Source of the DNA: Eledone cirrhosa
Lineage: Eukaryota
Assembly (NCBI GenBank): GCA_964016885.1
Contig: OZ024762.1
Coordinates: forward strand, 22,692,001 to 22,756,000
Reading direction: 5' to 3'
DNA: 64,000 bases
The position numbers were made by a program, and so were the translations under genes. Shown piece by piece: positions 1 to 16,966 of this stretch; the stretch's first letter is position 1; the number at the start of each line of letters is the position of its first letter. The notes beneath the pieces were generated by a model. It was not told the DNA's origin, did not search any database, and saw nothing but the letters and a program-made list of their open reading frames with translations.

Positions 1-113
1 ACAACCATCAACACAACCATCATCACCACCATTATCACCATCATGATCATCGTTTATATCTTCGTCGCCGTCGTCGTTATCGTTCATTTGTTCCTCAACT
101 TACCTCCCCCCAC

Positions 114-419
114 CAAAGCTTTAAAGACCGCTGGTACAACCATCGCAATTCATTCAATAAGGAGGCCAAAAGGAAAAGCATGACTCTCTCCGACCTGATC
201 TGGAAGCTTAAGCTAGACAGGACCCCGTACTCTCTGGCCTGGTACATAATCAGGAAAGTACCACCCGATAAATGGGGATCTTGTATATGCAAACTATGCC
301 TGAACGAGACCCTCGAGATACTAAGAGGTGGAAGCGGACTGATAAACCTCAGAACCGACTTCTTCGGGACATGCAGACACCTTAGAGCCGGGACCTTCCT
401 CAAGATATATGGACAGTAG
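114..419 (+). pseudogene. Penelope-like element (PLE) GIY-YIG endonuclease, C-terminal fragment (5'-truncated)
   Basis: The frame of ORF 180..419 extends upstream to read FKDRWYNHRNSFNKEAKRKSMTLSDLIWKLK..YSLAWYII..CKLCLNETLEIL..LINLRTDFFGTCRH. This fits the PLE GIY-YIG pattern FKxRxxxH..T.LS..IW.LK..W..C.LC..E..LN.R..CRH as I recall it. Confidence 0.85.
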
Positions 420-1626
420 CAACACAAGAAGATGTGAACTCCCCTCAAGCTATAGGGACTTCTACAGAACATGTAAACACCTCTCGGCCAGAGCTCCCTC
501 AAGCTATATGGGCAGTAACAACACCATAGGTTGTGAACTCCCCTCAAGCCATAGGGAACAACCCAGGCTGAGCAGACACCATGATAGCCTAGAGATTGAA
601 TCGGACACAGCCATTATAATTTGGCCAACATCTATATAACACAAACACTTTTTAATTTACTTGATTTCTGATTATCAAGTTCCAATTTTAAATCTTGATT
701 TCTCTTTATTAATTTGTTATTTGTTTTCTGCCCTCTTTACTGTATCACCTTATATTTATTTTTAAGTTGAGATTGATTATAACACAAACACATTTTGTTT
801 TATTATCTTATTTTAACATCTTGTCCCTCATACCAATCTATCCAACATATTTCTGACCTTGAGATTGGTTATAGCACACACACACTTTATCCTACATTAT
901 TTTCACTTCTCCATATTCATTTTCATTACTTTTTCACCAATTTTTTATTTATTCTTTATTCTCTATTTATTTATTTTCAAATTATACAAATTATATTAAT
1001 TATTTTATTATAATATTTATTTTCTGTTTTCTTCATTTATTGCCTTATATTTCTTCATATACATGGAAGAACCCCCCCCCTCCCCACCACCACCACCACT
1101 ATGAGAGATGGTGGCAGGAGAGATGAAGAAAAAACACACACTGGATACTTCTAAATTGTCAGCAGCAGCAAGACATAAGCTGACCACAACACCAACAACA
1201 CTACCAAAATAATGGTAGAGGTCAAATGTACTTAACAATAGCAAACACAAACACTACAGGGAGCCTCACCCCAGAAAGAATTCTATAGACTTCTGACTGA
1301 GGAATGCTCTCAGAACTGACCAATGGGAAGTTTGACACTTTTTTTGTTATTTTGTTCCTTTAACACCTTGTCCCTTCTACCACTTTATCAATTTTTTAAG
1401 CTAACTCCAACAATAACAACACTTAGAATGAGGAATGTTCTAATAACTGACCAATGAGAGGAGAAGAAGCCCTGTAACACTGAAATTCGTTTGTTTGAAT
1501 TAATATGATTCCATTGTGAAATAACAACCTCAGTGAAATAACAACCCAACCAGGAACTGGGCATATCAGAGTATTGACAAAATGATACACCTCAACAACA
1601 TATGTACTTGTCTATACCACATTCGG

Positions 1627-1681
1627 ACTGCCTGAAGAGGTCACAGCCAAAGATGGCTGTCACTGAAATATATTTAGCAGT
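1627..1681 (+). ncRNA. Type I hammerhead ribozyme (family A)
   Basis: ACTGC-CTGAAGA-GGTCACAGCC/GGCTGTCACT-GAAA-TATATT-TA-GCAGT: stem I, core, stem II, GAAA, short stem III, UH site. Confidence 0.8.
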
Positions 1682-1737
1682 AATAAACGAAGCTAAATTT
1701 TAAACATTTGACTTTTTATTTAACTTTATTTTATATA

Positions 1738-2590
<853 letters not shown>

Positions 2591-2859
2591 CGATAAGTAC
2601 TTGAATAATTTTGTTTTTGCTAATATAATGTCGGTAATAGATGATGAGAGAGATAGCGACAGAGAGACAGACAGACAGACAGAGAGACAAACAGACAGAC
2701 AGACAGACAGACATACAGACAGAGATGAAGAAGAGAGGAAAAAATGGTCTGAGGGAGGAGACGATAGACGAGAGAGGGGGGGGGGGGGGGGAAGCCTGCA
2801 GATTTCGTGATGAAAACATCCTTTAATGAATTCCATTACCAGAACGCAAAGTAAAAATA

Positions 2860-2994
2860 ATAATAATAATAATAATGATAAAAAAAATAATAATAATAAT
2901 AATATTAGTAAATAAGATAATGATATATAATTTCACGACAGGAACATCATCAACAACAATAATAATGCTAATAACAATAAGAACAATGACAATG

Positions 2995-3026
<32 letters not shown>

Positions 3027-4134
3027 AAGAAGAAGAAGAAGAAGAAGAAGCTGTAGAAAAAGAAAAGAAAGAAAAGAAAAAATTGAAGAAAAATGAAAAG
3101 ATGATGTACAAAAGAGATAAAGAAGAAGAAAAAGAAGCATAATACAACGAAGGAGAAGAAGAAGAACAACAAAAACTACTACAACAGCAAGAAAACGAAG
3201 AAAAAGAAAAAAAAGAAAAAAAACGAAGAAAAAGAAGAAAAAGAAGAAAAAGAACCTAAAGAAGAAAAAAGAAGAAAAAGAAGTAAAAAGAAGAAGAAGA
3301 AGAAGAAGAAGAAGAAGAAGAAGAGTAAAGGTATTTGAGGACGATCTGGTAATTGTGAAGAAACCAGTCTATTGTTTTTATGAGTTTCCGTCTCTAGCGA
3401 TCTCTTAAATGAATCGAATATATGGAAGTATTGCTGGTTTTTAGTGGTGTTGGTGTTGTAGTAGATGGTGTTGTAGTTGTAGTAGATGGTGTTGTAGTAG
3501 TAGTAGATGGTGTTGTAGTAGTAGTAGCTGGTGTTGTAGTAGCTGGTGTTGTAGTAGATGGTGTTGTAGTAGTAGTAGCTGTTGTTGTAGTTGGTGTTAT
3601 AGTTGTAGTAGCTAGTGTTGTAGTAGTAGTAGCTGTTGTTGTAGTTGGTGTTGTAGTAGTAGTAGTTGGTGTTGTAGTAGCTGGTGTTGTAGTAGTCGTA
3701 GCTGGTCTTGTAGTAGATGGTGTTGTAGTAGTAGTAGCTGTTGTTGTAGCTGGTGTTATAGTAGTAGTAGCTGTTGTAGTTGATGTAGTAGTAGTAGCTG
3801 TTGTTGTAGTAGATGGTGTTGTAGTAGCAGTAGCTGTTGTTGTAGTTGATGTTGTAGTAGTAGTAGCTGGTGTTGTAGTAGATAGTGTTGTAGTAGTAGT
3901 AGCTGTTGTTGTAGTTGGTGTTGTAGTAGATGTAAGGATGGTATTGCTGGTTTTTAGAGTAGTTGGTGTTGTAGTAGTTGGTGTTGTAGTAGATGTATGG
4001 ATGGTATTGGTGGTAGTGATGTAGTTGTAGTAGTAGTTGTATTTGGTGTTGTAGTTGTTGTTGTAGTTGTATGGTGTGTGAGGTAGGTATTGGTGGTTTT
4101 CTATTATTACTGCAGTAGCAGTAGTAGTTGTGGC

Positions 4135-4173
<39 letters not shown>

Positions 4174-4460
4174 ATTGTAGTTAGTGTTGCAGTTTTGATG
4201 TAGTAGTTGTAGTTGGTGATGTAGTTGTGATTATTGTGATGTCATTGTTGTTATTGTGGTTGTACTAGTGAAATATTAGTAGTAGTAGTAGTAGTACTAG
4301 TAGTAGTAGTAGTAGTAGTAGTAGTTGGTTTTGCAGTTGTGATGTTGTAGTAGTTATAGTTGGTGTTGTAGTTGTGATTGTTGTGATGTTGTTGTTAATG
4401 TACTTGTACTAGTGATGTAGTAGTAGTTGTAGCAGTTATGCTTTTGTTCATGTTGTTGCG
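2860..4460. repeat. (AAT)n, (AAG)n and (GTA/GTT)n low-complexity tracts
   Basis: Direct inspection. Source of the poly-R/L/V pseudo-ORFs. Confidence 0.9.
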
Positions 4461-4627
4461 ATGAAAAGCTTTCCATCCGTGCCCACCCTACCTCTTTGCC
4501 TTAGTCAGCAGAATTTACTAAGCACAAGTGCATTCAAATGTCCTATTTTTGTATTTAAAAAATGGCTCTTTGATTTCCTACATAGTGGCCTTACCACTTC
4601 ACTTAAGACATTGTTGTTGCTGTTGTT

Positions 4628-5450
4628 GTAGTAGGTGGGTTTGTTTTAGGACACTATGTCATGTTATATACATTTGGTGTTATACATACGTACTTCTTAA
4701 ATGAATCGAATATATGGAAGTATTGCTGGTTTTTAGTGGTGTTGGTGTTGTAGTAGATGGTGTTGTAGTAGGTGGGTTTGTTTTAGGACACTATGTCATG
4801 TTATATACATTTGGTGTTATACATACGTACTTCTTAAATGAATCGAATATATGGAAGTATTGCTGGTTTTTGGTGGTGTTGGTGTTGTAGTAGATGGTGT
4901 TGTAGTAGGTGGGTTTGTTTTAGGACACTATGTCATGTTATATACATTTGGTGTTATACATACGTACTTCTTAAATGAATCGAATATATGGAAGTATTGC
5001 TGGTTTTTGGTGGTGTTGGTGTTGTAGTAGATGGTGTTGTAGTAGGTGGGTTTGTTTTAGGACACTATGTCATGTTATATACATTTGGTGTTATACATAC
5101 GTACTTCTTAAATGAATCGAATATATGGAAGTATTGCTGGTTTTTGGTGGTGTTGGTGTTGTAGTAGATGGTGTTGTAGTAGGTGGGTTTGTTTTAGGAC
5201 ACTATGTCATGTTATATACATTTGGTGTTATACATACGTACTTCTTAAATGAATCGAATATATGGAATTATTGCTGGTTTTTAGTGGTGTTGGTGTTGTA
5301 GTAGATGGTGTTGTAGTAGGTGGGTTTGTTTTAGGACACTATGTCATGTTATATACATTTGGTGTTATACATACGTACTTCTTAAATGAATCGAATATAT
5401 GGATGTATTGCTGGTTTTTGGTGGTGTTGGTGTTGTAGTAGAGGGTGTTG
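4628..5450. repeat. 137-bp tandem repeat, ~6 near-identical copies
   Basis: ACACTATGTCATGTTATATACATTTGG recurs at 4651, 4788, 4925, 5062, 5199 and 5336, with a partial copy at 5718. Confidence 0.9.
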
Positions 5451-5949
5451 TAGTAGTAGCTGATGTTGTAGTAGATGGTGTTGTAGTAGTAGTTGTGCCT
5501 TAAGTCAGCAGAATTTACTAAGCACAAGTGCATTCAAATGTCCTATTTTTGTATTTAAAAAATGGCTCTTTGATTTCCTACATAGTGGCCTTACCACTTC
5601 ACTTAAAACATTGTTGTTGCTGTTGTTGTAGTAGTAGCTGGTGTTGTAGTAGCTGGTGTTGTAGTAGATGGTGCTGTAGTAGTAGTAGCTGTTGTTGTAG
5701 TAGGTGGTTTGTTTTAGGACACTATGTCATGTTATATACATTTGGTGTTATACATACGTACTTCTAATGTAGGTTACCTTACATATGCATACATAGGAAT
5801 TCACAATGTTCGTCACAGGTATGAAAATACTCTCGTGACAGGTGCAAATGTGTCCGAACACGGAAGAGCCGAACCCCCACCGTCATCGCCTCCATCTCTC
5901 TCACCCTCCCCATCTCTCTGTATTGTGAGTAAATGTGGTCCCACGTGCT

Positions 5950-7240
5950 GTCCGCATCACAACCCCGGCGAACAGAATGGAGAAGGCGTTTCCTCCGGAG
6001 GATGGTAAGGGAGATGTGCTGAAGAGCCATTCCATCTCGCGAGACTCACACCAGCGGCTACCCAGCTCAGCGCCTGTGGTGGTAAGTAGGGCGGTAGCTC
6101 TAGGATCAAGGGCACCACAAGTCACCACTGCTACAGGTAGCCTGCTCTGCACCTATGGTGGTAAGTAGGGAGGTAGCCCTAGGACCAAGGACACTAGAAG
6201 TCTCCACTGCTACAGGTAGCAAGCTCAGCACCTATGGTGGTAAGTAGGGAGGTAGCCCTAGGACCAAGGACACTAGAAGTCTCCACTGCTACAGGTAGCA
6301 AGCTCAGCACCTATGGTGGTAAGTAGGGAGGTGACCCTAGGACCAAGGACACCAGAGGTCTCCACTGCTACAGGTAGCCAGCTCTGCACCCATGGTGGTA
6401 AGTAGGGAGGTAGCCCTAGGACCAAGGACACTAGAAGTCTCCACTGCTACAGGTAGCCAGCTCAGCACCTATGGTGGTAAGTAGGGAGGTAGCCCTAGGA
6501 CCAAGGACACCAGAAGTCTCCACTGCTACAGGTAGCCAGCTCAGCACCTATGGTGGTAAGTAGGGAGGTAGCCCTAGGACCAAGGACACCAGAAGTCTCC
6601 ACTGCTACAGGTAGCCACCTCTGCACCTATGGTGGTAAGTAGGGAGGTAGCCCTAGGACCAAGGGCACCAGAGGTCTCCACTGCTACAGGTAGCCTGCTC
6701 AACACCTATGGTGGTAAGTAGGGAGGTAGCCCTAGGACCAAGGGCACCAGAGGTCTCCACTGCTACAGGTAGCCTGCTCAGCACCTATGGTGGTAAGTAG
6801 GGAGGTAGCCCTAGGGCCAAGGACACCAGAAGTCTCCCCTGTTACAGGTAGACTGCTCAGAACCTATGGTGGTAAGTAGGGAGGTAACCCTAGGGTTAAG
6901 GACACCAGAAGTCTCCACTGCTGCAGGTAGCCAGCTCAGCACCTGTGGTGGTAAGTAGGGAGGTAGCCCTATAGCCAAGGACACCAGAAGTCCCACCTGT
7001 TACAGGTAGCCTGTTCAGCACCTCTGGTGGTAAGTAGGGAGGTAACCCTAGGTTTAAGGATACCAGAAGTCTCCACTGCTACAGGTAGCCTGCTCAGCAC
7101 CTATGGTGGTAAGTAGGGAGGTAACCCTAGGGTTAAGGACACCAGAAGCCTCCACTGCCAAGGCCACAACCACAAACCTGTCGGAGGGGGAGCGACCGGT
7201 ACTTAGAGAGTTTGGCCTCCTCAGCCCGAAGTGCAACAGA
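5950..7240 (-). mobile_element. CRE-clade non-LTR retrotransposon 3' fragment (restriction-like endonuclease end) with internal tandem amplification
   Basis: Minus strand with frameshifts reads ALRAEEAKLSKYRSL/SDRFVVVALAVEASGVLNPRVTSLLTTIG ... ESREMEWLF/QHISLTILR/GNAFSIL. This fits the CRE C-terminus pattern AE..K..KY..L..F.P.AVET.G..G...E.RE..FL.QR.S.A..RGNA.SIL as I recall it. Confidence 0.75.
6062..7158. repeat. 79-bp satellite, 14 copies
   Basis: GTAAGTAGGG recurs every 79 bp from 6082 to 7109. Confidence 0.95.
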
Positions 7241-7409
7241 GTTGCTGTTGCTGTTGTTGTAGTTGTAGCTGTTGTTGTTTTCGTTGTTGTAGTTGTAGCG
7301 GTTGTGATGTTGCTATTGCTGTGATCGTAGTTGTAGCTGTTGTAGCTTGTGTTAGGTTTTTGTTGTTGTTGTTGTTGTTAAAGTTTTTATTATTGTTCCC
7401 ATGTTAAAT

Positions 7410-8170
7410 CCAGGCCTGGAAAGCCCATGTTCAAAAGCTTTCCATCCATTCCCACCCTACCGCTTTCCTTCAGTCGGCAGCGTTTACTAAGTACAACAGA
7501 ATTCAATATATCTTATTTTTCTCTATACAAAAAAAGGTGTAAGCCTGGCCTGTAAAATCTATGCTGAAAAGCTTTCCATTCGTGACCATCCTACCGCATT
7601 GCCCCAAGTTGGCAGAGTTTACTAAGTACAAGAAGATTCAATATATATTGTTTCTGTCCATAAAATTACGGTGTAGGCCTAGAAAATCTTTCTGAAAAGA
7701 TTTCCATCCCTGCCCACCATTCCGCTTTACCCCAAATTGGCAGAATTTACGAAGTAGAAGAGGATTCAATACATTTTATTTCTGGTCATAAAAACAAGGT
7801 GTAGGCCTATCAAATTTATGCTGAAAAGCTTTCCATCCGTGCCAACCCTGACTCTATAGCCAAGTCAGTAGAGCTTTTTACTAAGTAGCAGATCATTCAA
7901 TATATTTTATTTCTGTCCATAAAAACAAGGTGTAGGCCTATCAAATTTATGCTGAAAAGCTTTCCATCCGTGCCAACCCTGACTCTATAGCCAAGTCAGT
8001 AGAGCTTTTTACTAAGTAGCAGATCATTCAATATATCTTATTTCTGTCCATAAAAACAAGGTGTAGGCCTATCAAATCTCTGCTGATAAACTTTCCATCC
8101 GTGCCCACCCAACCGCTTTTCTCAAGCAGGCATAGTTTACTAAGTACAATAGCATTATTTATACATTATT
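7410..8170. repeat. ~130-bp diverged tandem repeat, ~6 copies
   Basis: AAAAGCTTTCCATCCGTGCCCACCC...TTTACTAAGTAC recurs (7828 to 7959 = 131 bp). A single related copy lies at 4462-4560. Confidence 0.85.
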
Positions 8171-8515
8171 TGGTTGCCTTTCATCCTTACGGGGTCGATA
8201 AAATAAAGTACCAGTAATGCACTGGGTAATTGCTGGCCTTGTGCCTAAAGTAGAAACAATTATTTATACATTATTTCTATCTCTAACGAAAAAACAAAAA
8301 TGATAAATAAAAACGCTGTCAGCGTTAGAAGCACTACTGCTGCATCACTTCGTTTTACAACGCCATCACTGCTTACGGTTGATCTGTGAGTAATTAACTC
8401 TAAAAGCTAAACTTTACATACCTGTAATTAGATACGTCTTCCTGGTGTTATGTTTGTTTCAATTGTCAGTCGTACTGAAATGAAATAACATTATTAGATA
8501 AAATTAGATAAAAAG

Positions 8516-8702
8516 GGTGGTGAATTGGCAGTATTGGTAGAGGGTCAGACATGCTTTCCAGCGTAGTTACGTCGCTTTACGATCTGAGTTCAAATCCCGC
8601 CGAGGTTAACTTTGCCTTTCATCCTTACGGGGTCGATAAAATAAAGTACCAGTAATACACTGGGTAATTGCTGGCCTTGTGCCAAAAGTAGAAACAATTA
8701 TT
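8516..8702 (+). mobile_element. tRNA-derived SINE (Nin/Deu-domain type, octopus-like), full length
   Basis: A-box TGGCAGTATTGG, B-box GAGTTCAAATCCC, core GCCTTTCATCCTTACGGGGTCGATAAAATAAAGTACCAG, and an (ATT) tail. A 3' partial copy lies at 8174-8262. Confidence 0.9.
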
Positions 8703-8799
8703 AGATAAAATTAACGACTGCGATATCGATCTTTAAAAAAATACATTAGAACGTTTCGTTTTGTCTTCAAATTTTGTTCACCTATTTTAAGTACACGCA

Positions 8800-12425
<3,626 letters not shown>

Positions 12426-12665
12426 TCAGGATGCAAACAGTTTTAAACTAGTTAAATCGAACAGTCTACTCGATACTTGGGATAATAGTATATTACTACA
12501 TTAGAAAAATCTTTGCCCGACGGCTGAGCACTTGCCGTTTCAGCAGCGCATTTATAAATTATATATATATAATAAACGTCTGGACGACCGATCCAGACGT
12601 ATATTATTATTGTCTGTCATCTAGAAACCTTTGGTAATGGAGTAGTTATATTTTGTGTTGTTCAA

Positions 12666-12709
<44 letters not shown>

Positions 12710-12769
12710 GAAGACTCTACTACCCTAAGTATTGAGTACTCTGCTGCGTTATGGTCCATCTTGTTATAT

Positions 12770-12826
<57 letters not shown>

Positions 12827-12884
12827 AATATAAATTCAGCGATGATCGCATTTCGGCGGGTAGAAAAAGCGAAACGTAACGCAA

Positions 12885-12937
<53 letters not shown>

Positions 12938-12981
12938 TATTATATTATAGTTATGATATTAATGTTAAACTGATTTACAGG

Positions 12982-13026
<45 letters not shown>

Positions 13027-13119
13027 ATGTGTGTGTGTGTGGTTACGTCTGCAAATATATACAGGGAGCGAGAGAGAGGGAGAAAGAGAGAGAAAAGGGA
13101 GATAGAGTAAGAGAGAGAA

Positions 13120-13163
<44 letters not shown>

Positions 13164-13654
13164 TGAGAAAAAGAGAGAGAGAGAATAAATAGTTCCCTGT
13201 ATCTTATTAATTTGTATACATTTTTATCCTCTATTTATTCTTTCTAATCTTATCATATTGTAATGCGCCATTGTCTTCTGTATCTCGGGCCTTGCGGCTC
13301 ATAAGGCTATCATCATCAACATCATCATCATCATAAGCATCATCCTGGGCATCATCAATATGCGCATCATAACCATTATAATCACTATCATCAAATACTA
13401 TTACATAGGTCAACATAACTGTTAAAATGGCGGCTCTCTCCAGGCAGATGTTTCTGTTCTGATTTGTTTTGGAAATTATACGAGGGTCTTTTATTTCTTT
13501 ATTCTTATTTTTTGTAGTTATTCATTGTTATTTTTATTGTTATTGTTATTATTACCATTATTTGTATAATTGTTATTAGTAATTTTATTTTTATCATTAA
13601 TATTATTATTTGTATATAATTATTTTCATCACTATTATTACTATCAGTATCGGT

Positions 13655-13822
13655 AAAAAGTCAGACCCCATGTTTTGCAGCATTGAGGTATGGCCCTTTA
13701 CGGTCGGAGTTCAAATCCCGCCGAGGTTAACTTTGTCTGTCATCCTTGCGGGGTCGATAAAATAAAGTACCAGTAACACACTGGGTGATTGCTGGCCTTG
13801 TATCAAAATTAGATACATTAAT
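13655..13822 (+). mobile_element. tRNA-derived SINE
   Basis: B-box GAGTTCAAATCCC plus the same core as 8516. Confidence 0.85.
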
Positions 13823-13824
13823 AT

Positions 13825-15160
13825 TAGTAGTAGTAGCAGTTGTAATAGTAATAGTAGTAATAGTAATAGTAGCAGTAGTAATAGTAATAGTAGTAGTAGT
13901 AGTAGTAATAGGAGTAGTAGCAGCAACATTAGTAGTAGTAGTAGTAGCAGTAGTTGTGGCACCAGTAGTAATGGTAGTAGCAGAAGTAGTAATAGTAATA
14001 GTAGTAATAGTAGTAGTAGCAGCAGCAATAGTAATGGAAGTAGTAGCAGCAGTAGTAATGGTAGTAGTAGCAGCAGTAGTAATAGTAGTAGTATTAGTAG
14101 CAGTAGTAGTAGTAGCAGCAGTAGTAGTAGTAGCAGTAGCAGCATTAATGGTAGTAGTAGCAGAAGTAGTAATAGTATTAGTATTAGTAGTAGTAGTAGC
14201 AGCAGTAGTAATAGTAGTAGTATCAGCAGTAATAATAGTAATAGTAGTAGTATTAGTAGTAGTAGCAGTAGTAGTAGTAGCAGTCGCAGTAGCAGTAGCA
14301 ATTATAATAGTAGTAGTAGTAGTAGTAGTAGTAGTAAGTATTAGTAGTAGCAGTAGTAGTAGTAGTAGTAGTATTTGTTGGTTCTTAATAATATGAAGAG
14401 GAAATTTTATGTCTGTGTGAATAATCCATTATTGTAATTGTGTCTCATTTAACTCTCACCCTCTACCTCTCTCTCTCTCTACCCCTCTCTCTCTACTCCC
14501 TCTCTCTCTCTACCTCTCTCTTTACCTCTCCCTCTACCTCTCCCTCTATCTCTCCCTCCACCTCTCTCTCTACCCCTCTCTCTCTACCTCTCTCTCTCTA
14601 CACCTCCCTCTGATTCGTTAATATCACTATCATCATCAAAATCAACACTATCATCAACATCATCATCATCATCATCAACACTATCATCACCATCATCATC
14701 GTTATCATCAACACTATCATCAAAATCAAAATCAACACCATCACCACCATTAACAACATCATCACCACCATTAACAACATCATCATCATCATCATTACGT
14801 CTCATGCTCTTTAACTCTCTCCCCACCTCCCCCTGATTCATTAATATCACTAATATCATCATCATCACCATTTACAATATCATCATCATCATCCTTCTCA
14901 TCACCATCATTCTCATCACCATCACCATCATCATCATTCTCATCGCCATCACCATCGTCATCATTAACATCATCATCATCATTAAGATCACCATTCTCAA
15001 TATCATCACCATCATCACCATCATTAACATCATCATAATCACCATCACCACCATCATCACCATCACCATCATCACCATCATTAACATCATCATAATCACC
15101 AACATCAACATGATTTACATCATTATCATAATTCTCATCATCATCATCATCATTAACATC
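13825..15160. repeat. (TAG/CAG)n, (CT)n and (CAT)n low-complexity tracts
   Basis: Direct inspection. Confidence 0.9.
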
Positions 15161-15163
15161 AAT

Positions 15164-15360
15164 GGCGGTGGATTGGCAGTATCGTTAGAGGGTCGGACGC
15201 CATGGTTGGCAGCATAGAGTTACGGCCCTTGCCATTCTGAGTCCAAATGCCGCCGAGGTCAACTTTGCCTTTCATCCTTATGTAGTTGATAAAATAAAGT
15301 ACCAGTAATGTACTGGTGGAAATTGCTGGCCTTGTGCCAAATGTAGAGGCAATTATTATT
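15164..15360 (+). mobile_element. tRNA-derived SINE
   Basis: A/B-box head and the same core. Confidence 0.85.
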
Positions 15361-15417
15361 GACATCAACAACATCATTCTAATCATTGACATCATCATCA
15401 TCAACATTTACATCATC

Positions 15418-16647
15418 TACATCATAAGTAACATCCCCATCACCCTCATCATAAGTAACAACCCTATCATCCTCATCATAAGTAACATCCCCATCACCCT
15501 CATCACAAGTAACATCCCCATCACCCTCATCATAAGTAACATCCCCATCACCCTCATCATAAGTAACATCCCCATCACCCCCATTATAAGTAACATCCCC
15601 ATCACCATCATCATAAGTAACATCCCCAACACCCTCATCATAAGTAACATCCCCATCACCCTCATCATAAGTAACATCCCCATCACCCTCATCATAAGTA
15701 ACAACCCCATCACCCTCATCATAAGTAACCTCCTCATCACCCTCATCATAAGTAACATCCTCATCACCCTCATCATAAGTAACATCCCCATCACCATCAT
15801 CATAAGTAACATCCCCACCACCCTCATCATAAGTAACATCCCCATCACCCTCATCATAAGTAACAACCCCATCACCCTCATCATAAGTAACCTCCTCATC
15901 ACCCTCATCATAAGTAACCTCCTCATCACCCTCATCATAAGTAACATCCCCATCACCCTCTTCATAAGTAACCTCCTCATCACCCTCATCATAAGTAACA
16001 TCCCCATCACCCTCATCATAAGTAACATCCCCATCACCCCCATCATAAGTAACATCCCCATCACCCTCATCATAAGTAACATCCCCATCACCCTCTTCAT
16101 AAGTAACCTCCTCATCACCCTCATCATAAGTAACATCCTCATCACCCTCATCATAAGTAACATCCCCATCACCACCATCATAAGTAACATCCCCATCACC
16201 ACCATCATAAGTAACATCCCCATCACCCCCATCATAAGTAACATCCCCATCACCCTCATCATAAGTAACATCCCCATCACCCTCATCTTAAGTAACAACC
16301 CCATCACCCCCATCATAAGTAACATCCACACCACCCTCATCATAAGTAACATCCCCATCACCCTCATCATAAGTAACATCCCCATCACCCCCATTATAAG
16401 TAACATCCACACCACCCTCATCATAAGTAACATCCCCACCACCCTCATCATAAGTACCATCCCCATCACCACCATCATAAGTAACATCTCCATCACCCTC
16501 ATCATAAGTAACATCCCCATCACCCCCATCATAAGTAACATCCCCATCACCCTCATCTTAAGTAACATCCCCATCACCCTCATCATAAGTAACATCCCCA
16601 TCACCCCCATCATAAGTAACATCCCCATCACCCTCATCATAAGTAAC
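15418..16647 (+). repeat. 27-bp minisatellite (ATAAGTAACATCCCCATCACCCTCATC), left arm of a large palindrome
   Basis: Period 27, giving the ISNIPITLI pseudo-peptide. Confidence 0.95.
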
Positions 16648-16729
16648 ATCATTATTAATATTATTGATTTCTTATTTTCGCTACGAGGTGTCGCTGTTAG
16701 GGGAAAAACTGTTTTTATTTTCATTGTTA

Positions 16730-16774
<45 letters not shown>

Positions 16775-16966
16775 CACATTTATTACCTTATTATTGTTAT
16801 GATTAATGATAACATAATAATAGTAATATTAATAACAATAATAATAATAAGGTAATACATGTGATAATAATAATAATAATAATAATAAAATAACAATGAA
16901 AATAAAAACAGTTTTTCCCCTAACAGCGACACCTCGCGCGAAAATAAGAAATCAATAATATTAATA

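Larger units (their letters stand above)
114..1735 (+). mobile_element. 3' part of a PLE: endonuclease end, long 3' non-coding region, HHR-bearing pLTR, ending in (TA)n
   Basis: GIY-YIG fragment, ~100-bp internal duplication (357-555), HHR at 1627 and (TA)n from 1741. Region 505-1340 recurs inverted at ~33100-33965, and 1503-1735 recurs at 40590-40820 and 43900-44120. Continuity as one element is inferred. Confidence 0.65.

Noticed and set aside
6062-7158. Possible CRISPR array (also 4628-5450 and 61584-63101)
   Set aside because: Whole units repeat with no unique spacers, there are no cas genes, and the context is eukaryotic.
8516-8602. tRNA gene calls for A/B-box sequences
   Set aside because: These are SINE heads attached to a SINE core, with no convincing cloverleaf.
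8744-8772. HHR-like TTGAAGA..GAAACGTT on the minus strand (similar case at 43615-43650)
   Set aside because: The core C is missing and stems I/II do not pair.
13231-13445. Acidic 61-aa ORF with a nearby AAAATGGCGGC (YY1-like) site
   Set aside because: Explained by decayed (GAT)n, with no clear splice signals. A single motif is insufficient.
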